Of a DNA stretch of 64,000 bases, positions 14,141 through 27,175 are shown in pieces. The stretch's first letter is position 1, and each line of letters starts with the position of its first letter. The stretch comes from Octopus vulgaris. Lineage: Eukaryota. A program made the translations under genes and the position numbers. Under the pieces are notes generated by a model. That model was given only the letters and a program-made list of their open reading frames with translations. It had not been told where the DNA came from and did no database searches. The stretch is taken from contig OX597814.1 in assembly GCA_951406725.2 (NCBI GenBank), positions 93,434,001 to 93,498,000 on the forward strand, read 5' to 3'.

Positions 14141-14650
14141 GATTTCAAATTTTGTACAAGGCCAGACATTTCAGGGAAGGGGACAAGTCGATTACATCTA
14201 CCCCTGTACTTCACTGGTACTTATTTTATCGACTCGAAGGGATGAAAGGTAAAGTCGACCTTGGTAGAATTTGAATTCAGAACGTAAAGACGGACGCAAT
14301 GTCGCTAAGCATTTGCTCGGCGTTGTAAAGATTCTGTTAGCTCACCGCTTTTTCATGGCTGTGATATTGGTCTCTAATTTTGGCACAAGGCCAGCGATTT
14401 CGGAAAAAGAGTTCAGTCGGATACATCGATCCTTGTACTCTACTAGTACTTATTTTATCAATCCCGAGGGGATGAAAGGTAAGTTCGACTTGGGCAGAAT
14501 TTGAACTCAGGATGTAAAGACGGACAAAATACCGCTAAGCATCTTGTCCGGTGTGCTAAGGATTCTGTCAGCTCGCCGCCTTTTCACTGCTTTAGTATTG
14601 ATTTCAAATTTTGGCACAAGGCCAGCAATTTCGGGAGAGGGGCTAAGTCG
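14141..14650 (-). mobile_element. Tandem array of SINE family A (about 2.3 copies)
   Basis: Copies at about 14141-14350 and 14369-14581 plus a partial copy at 14600-14650, all on the minus strand. Confidence 0.85.
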
Positions 14651-15377
14651 AAGAATTATTTTACTGACATATCGAGATATTAGGGCCTCACTAATTTTAG
14701 AAGTAGCTTATTCTTTACACAACATAGAAATACGGGTGGCGTTTGCAGTAATTTTCAGTCACAGAAGTACCACCTTCCATTTGCTCCCAAAATGTATTTA
14801 ACTATATAGCTTTTAAAAATGCTCTTTAAGACTGGTGCTAATGTTGTATCAGGGTTGATATGTAAGGGTTTGAGTCTCAGAGACGGTCTAAAACAATGTC
14901 TAATGGAATAACTAAAGGAGGTGCTGTATTGTTTCTCCAGAATCGATAATCTCCTTCCCCACCTCCTCTCTCTGTGAAAAATGCTTGCTGTTTTCAATAA
15001 TCAGTAGATAAATGAACGAAATAGTGGCCTGCTGGTTTTTGGCAAAGGAGTAAAAAATTTGGGGCTGTGTTTGATATTATCTAAGGCGTCGTCGTTCTTT
15101 AAGCTCTTTTGATAAATGATTACAGCTTTCCTGCCCTCCTAAAGATGATTTGCTTTTCAGATTCGTGCATGAATCGCTAGTTGATTAATTCTGTAAATAA
15201 ATAAATAAATAAATAAACAACTTTTGATTTTTCCCAATGATGAATTCTTTATACTCTTTCCAATATTTGTTGACATATATTATTTCATAACTATATTTTC
15301 AAACATCTGCCAAGTCGCATTCATGTCAGAAAAAATAATAAAAGTGTGTGAAAGACCAATTATACAAGCGATAGGTA

Positions 15378-15389
15378 ATAGTAATAATG

Positions 15390-15450
<61 letters not shown>

Positions 15451-15490
15451 TAATAATAATAATGATAATGATTATAATAATAATAATACA
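15378..15490. repeat. (AAT)n microsatellite
   Basis: Directly visible. Confidence 0.95.
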
Positions 15491-16138
15491 TAATTATCAA
15501 TTATTGACTTCCAGTTTGCTTTGAGCAAATTCATATTTCCAGTTGGATGTGTATCTGCTGACGTAGGTGTACGTATTTTACATCTGGAATGCTGAGGATA
15601 TTACAGCGTGCCATATCTTTTAGCCTGATATGCTTTTCCATCTGAGAAACTATTGATAGAGTTTGTGTAGTTTCTGAACAGAAGGTCCAAAATATTTTTG
15701 TTGTGCTGCGTTAGCTCAAAGGTCAATTTTTTCCCCCACTCTCTCATACGCACATACGCACGCTAGTGCGCGCACAAGAATTATCAATAAATTTAGACAG
15801 TGTATGTACTTCTGCTTTTGTCGGGAGCTCAGATGCAATTAGCTAGCTTCAAAGAATTTGTGAACCAATCCACATAAGGAAGCTTGAAATTACCTATTAT
15901 TTGTATACTTTCCGAATTGTATTGTTACATGAAGTATTTGATTTTCTTGAAAGTCTCATGGAAGCAGAGAAGAGATGTTTGAAGTGGCTTCTATAGCCCA
16001 ATTATAGTTAAGTCATTAACTTTATTGTATACAGACACAGATTCACATTAATCTCTGGAAAATATAAATCCGTAACATCGGCGGTAAGGAAATCGTAGAT
16101 AGAAATGACAACACACTATCACTCTTCTTACTCTCTCC

Positions 16139-16242
<104 letters not shown>

Positions 16243-16465
16243 TTTATCTTTTACTTGTTTCAGTCATCAGAGTGCACCGCCTTTAGTCGAGCAAATCGAC
16301 CTCAGGACTTAATTCTTGTAAGCCTATCGGTCTCTTGCCGAACCGCTAAGTTACGGGGACGTAAACACACCAGCATCGGTCATCAAGTGATGTTGGGGGG
16401 GGGACGGGGACAAACACAGACACACATACATATGCACACACATACATACATACATACATACATAT

Positions 16466-16508
<43 letters not shown>

Positions 16509-16684
16509 TATATACATATATACGACGGGCTTCTTTCAGTTTCTGTCTACCATATCCACTCACAAGTATTTGGTCGTCCTAAGGCTATAGTAGAAGACAC
16601 TTTCCCAAAGTGCTACGCAGTGGGACTGAACCTGGAACTATGTGGATGGGAAGCAAGCGGCTTACCACACAACCACACCTGCGC
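16243..16684 (-). mobile_element. tRNA-derived SINE family B with internal microsatellite
   Basis: Reverse complement of the 60938-61332 type: head GCGCAGGTGTGGTTGTGTGGTAAG, internal (TA)/(TG), tail TGACTGAAACAAGTAAAAG. Confidence 0.88.
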
Positions 16685-16714
16685 ATATTTATAAATCTAT
16701 GTATGTCATGTTCG

Positions 16715-16877
16715 ACCGTTGAACTCAGAACATTTTTTTTCTCCCCGCTCTTTTTTTTTCTCTCTTAATCCTTTCTGTCGAAGAGCTTCAAACAAACACC
16801 TGCTTCCCGAGCGTTACACTAATACACCTGCTTGTTGTTCCTACACCTGTCTTCGTCTTTTGTTTTCTTTAAATTTG

Positions 16878-16880
<3 letters not shown>
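16715..16880 (+). mobile_element. Short dispersed repeat ending in (TA)n, related to 29003-29395 (probable PLE 3' tail)
   Basis: Shared GAAGAGC..CCCGAGC..CTAATA..TTGTTGTTC..ACACCTGTCTTCGTCTTTTGTTTT..AAATTT, then TATATA. Confidence 0.6.
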
Positions 16881-16960
<80 letters not shown>

Positions 16961-17231
16961 CATAAATTTAAATAATAAGGGCGAAAAATTGAATATTAAT
17001 TTGATTAATATACAATTTAAAACCAGTGGCCTAGCATATTGAAAAATCTGAAGATTCGGAAAAATTTATATTACATACATATAAGGGGGATGACCACTAA
17101 GTGGACATCCATTATGCTAGAGGTAGACCCCATATGGTCTGACCACTAAGAAAAGATTCTTAGTGGTCAGACAATATGGGCTCTAGCTCTAGTATAATGG
17201 ATGTCCACTTAGTGGTCACACCTCTTATATG
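16961..17231. repeat. Fold-back unit between microsatellites, about 75-bp imperfect inverted repeat
   Basis: Arms 17078-17152 and 17157-17231 around the loop AAGA. TGACCACTAAG occurs twice per arm. Confidence 0.85.
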
Positions 17232-17255
17232 CATGCATGCATGCATGTATGTATG

Positions 17256-17319
<64 letters not shown>

Positions 17320-17421
17320 TGTATGTATATTTATATATATATTGTAATACGAAAATATGTATGTGTATAAATTATGAGTTAATATAAATAGATATATGTA
17401 TTATATGTATTATATAAATCG

Positions 17422-17700
17422 TTTATCTTTTACTTGTTTCATTTATTGGACTACGACCATACTGGAGCACCGTCTGAAGGGTTTAGTTGAACAAATCGAT
17501 CGCAGAAGATATTTTCTTATTCTATCGTTCACTTTTGTCGAAATGCTGTTTACGGAAGCGTAAACAAACCAGCACCGGTTGTTAAGTGAATGTGCAGGAT
17601 AAACGCAAACGCGAGGACACACTCGCACACTTACATACATACATGTAAGCGTACACACGTATACACGCAAACATATGCTAGGCTTCCACACAGTTTCCTG
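17422..17700 (-). mobile_element. SINE family B, degraded 3' half
   Basis: TCTTTTACTTGTTTCA..CTGGAGCACCG..AACAAATCGA. Confidence 0.7.
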
Positions 17701-17807
17701 TTTCTATATAATTAGGGCCGATATACATGTTCGTTGGTTAGTTGTTTGGTTGGTTTAATGATTCCTTCTCTTATGCTTTACATCGTAGAGAGAAATAGAG
17801 AGAAAGT

Positions 17808-17841
<34 letters not shown>

Positions 17842-18559
17842 AAGTGAGAGAGAGAATGACAGAGATAGAGAGAGAGAGAGAGAGAGAAAGAGAAAAAGAG
17901 TGAGAAAGAGGAATGAAAAAGCAAAAGGAATATGTAGGGAAATTAATAGAAGAGGTGCAGGATGAGTGCTTGGTGAGAGGCAATGAGTAACAGAACTCAA
18001 TACATTGTTGTAGAGGTTGTAGGCTGTCGCCTCTCCGGCGGATGTGAATATCTCGTCTAAAGCTATAATAGGAAAACAGATTACAAAAGCTGTGCCTGAA
18101 GCTCACGAATCCAAGCTACAAATGTTCAGTCGTACCTGTGAATATTGATGCATTGGGCGATGTGACAGTAGATATGAGTAAAAAAAAAAAACTGGAAAGG
18201 CTGGCGTGTTTTTTTGTTTTTTAAATGAACAAAACAAACTAACTCGCAGCCTTCAAATTGCACCAACTGCAGGGGAAAATTGTAAAGCTTAAAAAAGATT
18301 CTCTGTTTGTAATCATACACATACACTCGTTCATTAAAAAAAGCTTGTTTACATGTTATATAATTTCAAGTATAGCTACATATGCACACACAATAACACA
18401 TATTCACAAACTGTTTAACCCTAACAAAACAGCCTCGTCGCTTTGATAGTGACCGACCTCAACTCACCAAACGACTTTAGAGATATCAAAGAAAATGTAC
18501 GCACGGGCACACTACATACAAGCATACATACCTAATACATACATACATACATACATACA

Positions 18560-18590
<31 letters not shown>

Positions 18591-18858
18591 TCTCATTTCT
18601 TTTTATGCAAAAGCATGTAGCAGTTCGTATAATAGTTTTTGAACTAGATCAGTCTTGTATCGAATGTATGGTCTCTCTCTGTCTCTCCCCTTTCTCTCTC
18701 TTTCACACACACAAAAACACATAGATTCTCTGTTTGCGCACGCGCACACACGCGCACACACGCACACGCACACACACTCAGACACACACATATAACAAGC
18801 AAATTAGCTATTTAGAAAATCTCTGTTAGAGATGAAATCAATAACAATACTGAGAAGC

Positions 18859-19196
18859 AATATTTATTGCCACTTAAACATGGCTGTTGTGTAGGAACCG
18901 ACGTTACTGCTATTTTTAACCCCAAGAGGATGCCTCCTCCAGCTGGTTACTCAACGGAATTTGCACCCGATATATATTGTATTCAGGGGTGTGAACCCCT
19001 ACAAACATCCAGCCATGAGACCATCTGACCGTGCTGTTTCGACCTCTTTGTGGTTATCTTCGGTGGTGGATAATCGTCCGTTAGAGGTAGAAATATCAGG
19101 TGCAGATTGCATCGAATAACCAGCTGGAGGAGGCGTTAAAAATAGCAGTAACGTCGGTTCCCACGGAACAGCCATGTTTAAATGACGATAAACATT
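18859..19196. mobile_element. Fold-back unit (about 105-115-bp arms) with HHR remnant in the spacer
   Basis: Left arm TTAAACATGGCTGTT..GGAACCGACGTTACTGCTATTTTTAAC..GCCTCCTCCAGCTGGTTA (18859-18973) is inverted at 19093-19196. Confidence 0.8.
19021..19069 (-). ncRNA. Degenerate type I hammerhead motif
   Basis: Minus strand CCACCA CCGAAGA TAACC-ACAAAGA-GGTC GAAAC AGCACG GTC AGATGG. One core change (U4>C), GUC triplet, partly mismatched stem I. Confidence 0.55.
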
Positions 19197-19326
19197 AGTC
19201 CTATACACACACACACACATACACATACCACATATACATACATACATACATACATACATACATACATACATACATACATACATACATACATACATACATA
19301 CATACATAAATACATATATAAATACA

Positions 19327-19368
<42 letters not shown>

Positions 19369-19375
19369 TATCACT

Positions 19376-19409
<34 letters not shown>

Positions 19410-19411
<2 letters not shown>

Positions 19412-19975
19412 CATCATGCAGTGCCGGGCCCACACTCTCATGGCTTCTCATCTTAACTGATTGACAGTGTTATCATGTACATTGCTTTGTCTTGGTATAA
19501 AAGATGGGTTACGGCAAATATTCTCCTCAAATCACAGATTTGCTTGTCAGGTGTTTTGACCATGACCAGTTGAGCATGTTCCTTAGTGACTGACGATATG
19601 TGCATCTCTGATCACAAGCAGAAGTAGTGGGGAAGCATCATAGCCATGTGTTGAGAGGAACTCTTTGGGGTTTGGATAATTCACCTCTGTAAACATGGGT
19701 GTTTCATTCAACATTCTTAAACAACCCTTTTAACATTCAGGGACCTTTTGAGCGGGATTGGTTACTCGACCTGAATAAAATTCTAACTGGGTCCCACTTG
19801 CAAGGCCATGCGCTATTAATCTTGATATGGAATCACCATGTCGTGCGCATATGGTTGTGATGCATGTGCCTGGTGTAACCTTATCAGACGGGTTGTCATG
19901 ATGGGTTTACTGGGCTTCGTATATTCTACTCCAGTGTGACTTTGATGGCATGCATAGCTCTCATACTCAATAGCA
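19410..19975 (+). mobile_element. About 570-bp non-coding dispersed element flanked by (AAT)n
   Basis: Preceded by (AAT)n at 19378-19410 and followed by AATAATAAT; its 5' part is homologous to 10965-11338 (-). Confidence 0.65.
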
Positions 19976-19984
19976 ATAATAATG

Positions 19985-20180
19985 GTTTTAAATTTTGGCA
20001 CAAGGCCAGCACATTTGGGGAGGAGCTAAGTCGATTAAATCAATTCCAGTGTTCAACTGGTGCTCATTTTATCGACTCCGAAAGGATGAAAGTCGACCCC
20101 GGCGGAATTTGAACTCAGAACGTGTAGACGGACGAAATGCGGCTAAGCATTTACTCGGCGTGCTAATGAGTATACCAGCA
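19985..20180 (-). mobile_element. SINE family A
   Basis: GAAAGGATGAAAG..CGGCGGAATTTGAACTCAGAACG..GCTAAGCATT. Confidence 0.85.
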
Positions 20181-20194
20181 ATCTGTATATGGAA

Positions 20195-20760
20195 GTAAGT
20201 AGATTGAAGAAAGTGGATTAAACTTTGCCAACTGGGCGGACTCGGAAGGTGAATAAAATACTGAAAGCAGTTAAGACTGGAACAAATAGATTGATTAAAA
20301 CTTGTATCATCTACATAGGAAGGAAAGTAGGTATTGGACCGAACCGTACAAGAGGAAATGTAACGAATGAGGCTCGGTGGAAAAGAATGATAAAACAATC
20401 AATAAACGAACTACGAAAACGTATCAACATCTTGGAAAGAAACAAGATGAAATCTGGAAGAAGGAAAATATCAGGAGCTAAAACGTAGATATAGGATCAA
20501 GAAAATATTGAGAAGTACAAGCCACTGAAAGATGATATTGTATGAATGTGGGCAATGAAGAAAGGAAGTATCATTCCAATAATTGTAGGAGCTTTAGGAG
20601 CATTAACAACCAGGTTTGAGAAATCTGTTAGAAAAATTGGGATTGGTATGAGCGTAGAACATGTTCAGAAAACTGCTTTATTGGGGACAGCGAAGATTTC
20701 GATATCGGTATTTGAATATTAAGTATCGTGGAGCTTTTGACGAAGTAAGGTATTCCCTGG
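20195..20760 (+). mobile_element. R4/Dong-like LINE, internally deleted relic
   Basis: The N-terminal-type segment EARWKRMIKQSINELRKRINIL..KYQELKRRYRIK is joined directly to the C-terminus ENIEKYKPLKDDIV*MWAMKKGSIIPIIVGALGAL..VQKTALLGTAKI. Confidence 0.8.
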
Positions 20761-22025
20761 AAGCATAGCTAAACCATAATGTTTTGTAAAATTATTCATA
20801 ATATTAGAACTAAAAGCACCGCCGAAGAATCTTCATAACATCTTACCGACGATGTCTAGTATAACTTCCCACTAATCACCTGGTCAATACGAAGCATGTT
20901 CTGCTGCCACTGTTTTCCTGTAGATGGAACTATGAGGGCCTGCTGACGTTACGGGTGTCCATCCTGCACCTATGCTTTATCTAAGACTGTAAGAAAGAAT
21001 ACAACGCTAGCTTCACCCAGGAATTCTTGCAGATGCTGTAGTCATAGGATATAAATGTATATTAGCAAACTAGGTACCGGCAAGAAATGTATTTTTTGAC
21101 TAGCTAATGAGCTTTCTGACAATGGTTTCATTTCTACTAAAACCAAAAGTACGGAGGATCCAATTTTGCCACAGTCTTTGGGACAAGCAAACATGTCAAG
21201 TTGAAGTAGACAAAGTTTACGATCAAACTTTGTTTAACTCAGTCCAACATTTTAAGGGCAGGTTACTTTCGACCAATTTCTAAGTGGGTTTTGCTATACT
21301 GAATTTGCCACTCTGTCTTGAGCTTATCCGTGATGCAATATGCATAGAAAGGTATTTAGCATGCGGTCGTCGTGAACATCCATGCAGGCATGCATCCATC
21401 CATATCTACATACATACATACATACTTGAATAGTTCTCTGTTGCTACAAGAATTATCCAAGTAAACAATATAAGAAAACTATGACTCATAATAGCAAATA
21501 TTGATTTTTGAATTTGGCACTACGCCGAAAATATTCCGAGAACGTGTGTAGCCAGCTTCATCGATGGAGTTCGAGTAGTTAATTTCATCATATATTAAAG
21601 AAAACTTTGACCTCGTTTGGATGTGAAATTAGATGTAATAAAAAAAGTAAATAAAATAAACTGAAAAGCATTTATTAAAGACACCGATGTTTTTGCAACT
21701 CCACTATCGCTATTACCAACAAAATATTACAGTTAGTTACTACAAAAATTTTAGGTGATAGTAATTAAATAAATAAAAAAAAATTGTGATCGCGTAAATG
21801 TGCTGTCAAGTAGCCTATGCGGTTGTTTGACAAGTTAGAAGAAGAAACGAATTTCCCTCAAATGATACCCTACATTCTTGAGTAACGAAACTACATATCA
21901 GATAATGTATTCTATCAAATAACGTCAACAAATGATACTGTTAGGATTAAAATAAAAGTAGGAATTACGATACATATTATTCGGTAGAGAATTCATATAT
22001 CTTAAGTATGTGCGAGTGCTCAATA

Positions 22026-22442
22026 TTTATTTCTTTATTGCCCACAGGGGGCGAAACATAGAGGGGACAAACAAGGACAGACAAGGGGATTAAGTCGATT
22101 ACATCGACCCCAGTGCGTAACTGGTACTTATTTAATCGACCCCGAAAGGATGAAAGGCAAAGTCGACCTCGGCGGAGTTTGAACTCAGAACGTAACGGCA
22201 GAGGAAATACCTATTTCTTTACTACCCACAAGGGGCTAAACACAGAGAGGACAAACAAGGACAGACAAACGGATTAAGTCGATTATATTGAGCCCAGTGC
22301 GTAACTGGTACTTATTTAATCGACCCCGGAAGGATGAAAGGCAAAGTCAACCTCGGCGGAATTTGAACTGAGAACGTAACGGCAGACGAAATATCGCTAA
22401 GCATTTTGCCCGACGTGCTAACGATTCTACCAGCTCACCGCC
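22026..22442 (-). mobile_element. SINE family A head-to-tail dimer
   Basis: Two near-identical bodies at about 22026-22210 and 22212-22442; only the right copy keeps the tRNA head. Confidence 0.9.
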
Positions 22443-22452
22443 CTAACGAGTG

Positions 22453-22455
<3 letters not shown>

Positions 22456-22518
<63 letters not shown>

Positions 22519-22544
22519 ATTATTATTATTATTATTAATATTAA

Positions 22545-22600
<56 letters not shown>
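22456..22600. repeat. (ATT)n microsatellite
   Basis: Directly visible. Confidence 0.95.
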
Positions 22601-22602
<2 letters not shown>

Positions 22603-22639
22603 CTTGTTGTTGTGTTCTTATTACGTTAGTGTATGCTAA

Positions 22640-23060
22640 TCTAGTTGGCATGTATTTTATCACGAGTTTTGGTGTCAACAAGTTTCCTCAAATCTCAAGA
22701 ATCTTGCTTAGAATTCTCTCAGAATATAGCATGATATTTCTGTAGATTAACAATGCAAGTTTCAGTTCATATCTTCATCAGTATTTTAGCATTTTGAGTG
22801 CTGTGCCAGGTGCACCGTTGGTTCAAGGATAATTGTTGTCTTGATTTTCTCAGCTCTCTAGTTAGATCCATATATTTCTCAGTTTTTTCAATTTGTTATC
22901 GACTCTGCGATCATAGGCAATTTCGAAATCTATTATCTTACACTGTTTATTTTGTCTTTTATGATCATATCTGGCCTTCTTGCTTCAACAGTATGGTCAG
23001 TCTTTATGGGGAAATCCCACAAGATCTATAATTCTCATTTTCTACTATTACGTCTTCAAG
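22640..23060 (-). mobile_element. R4/Dong-like LINE 3' fragment (RLE domain)
   Basis: Minus strand ILWDFPIKTDHTVEARRPDMIIKDK..IIDF..EKYMDLTREL, the RPD-type restriction-like endonuclease motif. It runs toward (AAT)n. Confidence 0.8.
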
Positions 23061-23469
23061 GTCTCTTTGAGATAAACAAATTCGGTGGGCTCCTTGCTCT
23101 CTTGTGATCCTATTTACATCTCGTGAACGACAAAGACAAAGAATGGAATGATGATATCAAACACTAAATTGGGAGGATCTTAACGAAGTGTTCGGTTGCT
23201 TTCGCCGACTGCAGAGTTTTTGCGAGGCTTGGTGGTTGTGTCTGAGGCACACAATTCTCAGCAAAGGGATGGAAATATTCATTCATAGGTGTGTGTGTAA
23301 GTTTGCATATATACGTATATGCACATATGCGTGTGGGTATGTGTGCGCATACTTATATATACATATATGCATACACGTATACATACATAAATACACACAC
23401 GCACACACACATGTATGTATGTATGTATGTATGTATGTATGTATGTATGTATGTATGTATGTATGTATG

Positions 23470-23515
<46 letters not shown>

Positions 23516-23674
23516 TGACTGTGTATGAGATTTTGGGAATATATAAAATGCATTTTGAGTTCTGATAGAGTTTTGAAATGAGTATTTGACTTTAATGTTA
23601 GAATAATAAGAGATAAATTTTGTAATATGTGGACATTCTGTATACTATACAATTACACATTACTATATATTTTT

Positions 23675-24010
23675 TATTTATTTGTTTCAGTCATTAGACT
23701 GCAACCAGGCTGGGGCACCGCCTTGCAGAATTTTTTGGGTGGAACGAATCGACTCCAGTTGAGCCTGGTACTTATTCTATCGCTAGTTGTCAATCAGTAG
23801 TGGGGGATAAACACAGACGCGAAGAGGCACACACATAGGTATTTACATATATACAATGGGCTTCTTTCGGTTTCCGCCACCAGATGCATTCACAAGGCTT
23901 TGCTTGGTCCAAGGCTATAGTAAAGGATACTTGCCCAAAGTGCTACGCAGTGGGACTGAACCCAGAACCAGTGGTTGTGAAGCAACCTCCCTATCACACA
24001 GCCACGCCAT
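23675..24010 (-). mobile_element. SINE family B, degraded
   Basis: TTGTTTCAGTCATTAGACTGC..CACAAGGCTTTG..CTTGCCCAAAGTGCTACGCAGTGGGACTGAACCC. Confidence 0.75.
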
Positions 24011-26149
24011 TCTTTTATTAATTTATTCATTAATTCTTATACTTGTTTCAGTCATGGAATTGTAGCCATACAGAAGCACCGCCTGAAAGTTTTAGGTAAC
24101 CAAATCCACCTTAGAATATATCCACCCCAGTACTTATTTTAAAAAAATTCCAGTACTTATTCGTTTTTACTTCAGGTACAAGGCCCGAAATTTTTGGGGA
24201 GGCGGCCAGTCGATGAGATCAACTTCAGTATGCAACTGGTACATAATTTATACGTATATATGCGTGTGTGTGCGTGTGTGTGTGTGTATACACACACGAC
24301 GGGCGGGCTTCCACTCAGTTTCAGTCTACCATATACACCGACACGACATTGGTGTATGTTAATTGCGGAAGAGTACTAATTCCCAGTCACAAATCTTCTT
24401 GGTCGATCGAATACAAGTGTTTATAGAGTCATCCTGAAAGGCTCGACAACTTGATCCGAAAATAACATCATAATTCCTCTTTTTACTACTTCTACATCAA
24501 AACGATGAAAGCCACACGTATACATACGACCCCTACACACTTGTACACCTATGTACATGCATATACTCATGTACAAACATTCTTCTCCCACCCCGTACGC
24601 GCTGCCTCCTGATATGGTGTTTGTCTCAAGCTTTGGCTCTCAGAGACTTCTATATAAATTCATCGAAGTTTCTACTATCAAGGTTTAAGTGCTTAATGTG
24701 CAACTGACTCTTGACTGAACTGAACCGTATTTACTTAGAATATCATGATTGCATGTTTGCGCTGATAGAAAGAAGAAAGCTTTCATAAATCAATAGTCAT
24801 GATAGCATTGATTTATGATTGGCAGCTACCAAGAAGGAAGACATTTCAATAAATGCCCTAAAACATACTAGAGAGTATCTGTGGCTGCACTTAAAAAATC
24901 GAATACTATTATTTCTATTAACACATGCTTTTACTTATTTAGCAAGCCAACAATGAAGTACTTACCTGTTTATCTATATTTTCTTATTTCGTTTTGGTTT
25001 TAGTTGACTGGTCAGTGTTAGAAACATATTTCTCACTTCGATTATCATTTTTTATTTTTGTTTCAAAGCACTAAAACTTATTCAACCTGATTATATAAAA
25101 ACAGATAAACAGTAATAAAACAATATTTTTCATGTGTGGGTGGAACATTTGGAGCAAAGAGTTGGTGATCGTATTACGCTACTTACAATATTCAGTGTGG
25201 AAGCTTTCTGTGTTAAGCTGAAATGCCACTAAGTCAAATTTGCCTTTTATTTCCACCTACATCGATGAAATAATAATACACTTGGATATAATAAGTGGCG
25301 GATAAATATCCTCTTTTATGAGTTCAAAGGATTCATTATCATACAGTATTCCTCGTCGTGAACATCGTCTTTTAGCGTCATGCTTTCGGAGACCGGAGTC
25401 TATATCTGAATGTTTTTCATACTTAGAATCTGTATGTCTAATTTGCAAATGGAAATACATAAACAACTCCTGAATTTTAAGATAAGGAACATATATCATA
25501 ATGAAAGATTGTTTCTATAAAATCATTGCGGAGATAATTTCGTTTCGTTTTAAAGTAAAGACAATCATTACAGAAAGAAACTGTCGGTTATAATGTTTAA
25601 GTAGAGCAGATGCCATCTGTGTCATATCTGGAATGTCTTCTGCCCCAAAGGCATAATAAGAAAATAAATTATTCAGGAAGATACTTCTTGCATACATTGA
25701 GAAGCATCTGTAAAATCAAGCAGATGTACGTTGTGAATTTAATATCAATTCCCAGGATCTTCAAAACAATCATTGATCTAGCCAGCCTTACTTCAACACA
25801 ACAGCGTTGATTTTACCTACTAAATTACATTGATTAGTTAAAACTGAAGGCAATAGTAGTAGTCTCTGAGACAGCTACATCTATACATATATCATCAACA
25901 CAACCACATCAAGAACAACGTTAGTGTCTGTGATAAAGTTTGAGATTAAAATATCGTTATAATCTTTGAAATAGTTACGATGTCTTCTATTTAGTCGTAA
26001 TAGAGACAGAAAAGAAACAATAATAACAACAACAACAACAATAACAATAATAATAAAGCAATCCTACGATCTAAAAGATAATGATGTGTATATCTCAAGA
26101 ACATGCGAGCCAACTAAAGAACTTCTGCATACATACACGACCTACTAAT

Positions 26150-26345
26150 GATGGTTCCAAATTTTGGCCCAAGGCTAGCAATGTCGAGGGAGGAGGAAGT
26201 GCTCAAGTGGTACTTACTTCATCCTCACCGAAAAGATGAAAGGAAAAGTCGGCCTCGGTGGAATTTGAATTCAGAACGTAAAGACAGACGAAATGCCGCT
26301 AAGCATTTTGCCCGGCGTGCTAACGACTCTGCCAGCTTGCTGTTT
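26150..26345 (-). mobile_element. SINE family A with TSD
   Basis: 16-bp direct repeat TACACGACCTACTAAT at 26134-26149 and 26346-26361. Confidence 0.9.
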
Positions 26346-26896
26346 TACACGACCTACTAATAAGAATTGCTAACTCTCTCTCAAATTATACCCAATCGTT
26401 TTAGAAACATAAAGAAACATTGAATAATATTCTTCTCGAAATACAACGTTAACAGCTGGATCATCTCTGATCTTCTCTGATTTGATTGATCTGAGTTGAC
26501 CTGATGCAATTATGGTGGAGGTGCCCCAGATGTCGAAATAGAAACACGTCGGAAACATTTAAGAAGGCATAAGCAAAAACGGAAGTAAAAATCAAAAACA
26601 AAAGGAAAAAGACAAAAACAATAATAAAAAAATAATAGTTTCTGATTTAGGAACAAGGCCAGAACATTGAGCTGAAGAGAAGCAATCGATGCCCTCGACT
26701 CAGTACTTGATTAGCACTTTGTTTTATAGAACACGGATGGGATTTGAACTCAATTTTTGACAACGCGGGTATATATTGTTAATATAACATGATAATTTTT
26801 GTATTAGTAAACAGTCATCAAGGGCATTTTATTTGTTTTAAGTTTACATAGCTGTTTTAGGTCATGTGTCCCTATTATCTTAATACGTATGTACCC

Positions 26897-27064
26897 GTGG
26901 ATGGATGGATGGATGCATGCATGCATGCATCCATGCATGCATGCATCCATCCATCCATCCATGTATGTATGTATGTATGTATGTATGTATGTATGTATGT
27001 ATGTATGTATTTATATGTGTATGTATATTTATGTCTATGTACATATGTGTGTATACTTTATTCC

Positions 27065-27115
<51 letters not shown>

Positions 27116-27175
27116 GTCTATCCATCCATCCATCCATCCATCCATCCATCCATCCATCCATCCATCCATCAATTC
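26897..27175. repeat. Compound (GGAT)/(CATG)/(TATG)/(TATC)/(CATC) microsatellite
   Basis: Directly visible. Confidence 0.9.

Noticed and set aside
16250-16272. Minus-strand CTGATGA CT GAAAC AA GTA resembling a hammerhead
   Set aside because: It arises from a deletion in the SINE family B tail (normally GCAGTCAAATGACTGAAACAAGTA); there is no stem I or II and other copies lack the box.
17048-17075. CTGAAGA TTCG GAAA
   Set aside because: No credible stem I or stem III.
22755-22782. Minus-strand CTGATGA..GAAAC
   Set aside because: It lies inside a LINE coding remnant and has no stem III or UH cleavage site.
25257-25810. Possible decayed reverse transcriptase on the minus strand (LLDFTDA, RRGIL)
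   Set aside because: The motif similarity is too weak to support without a profile search.
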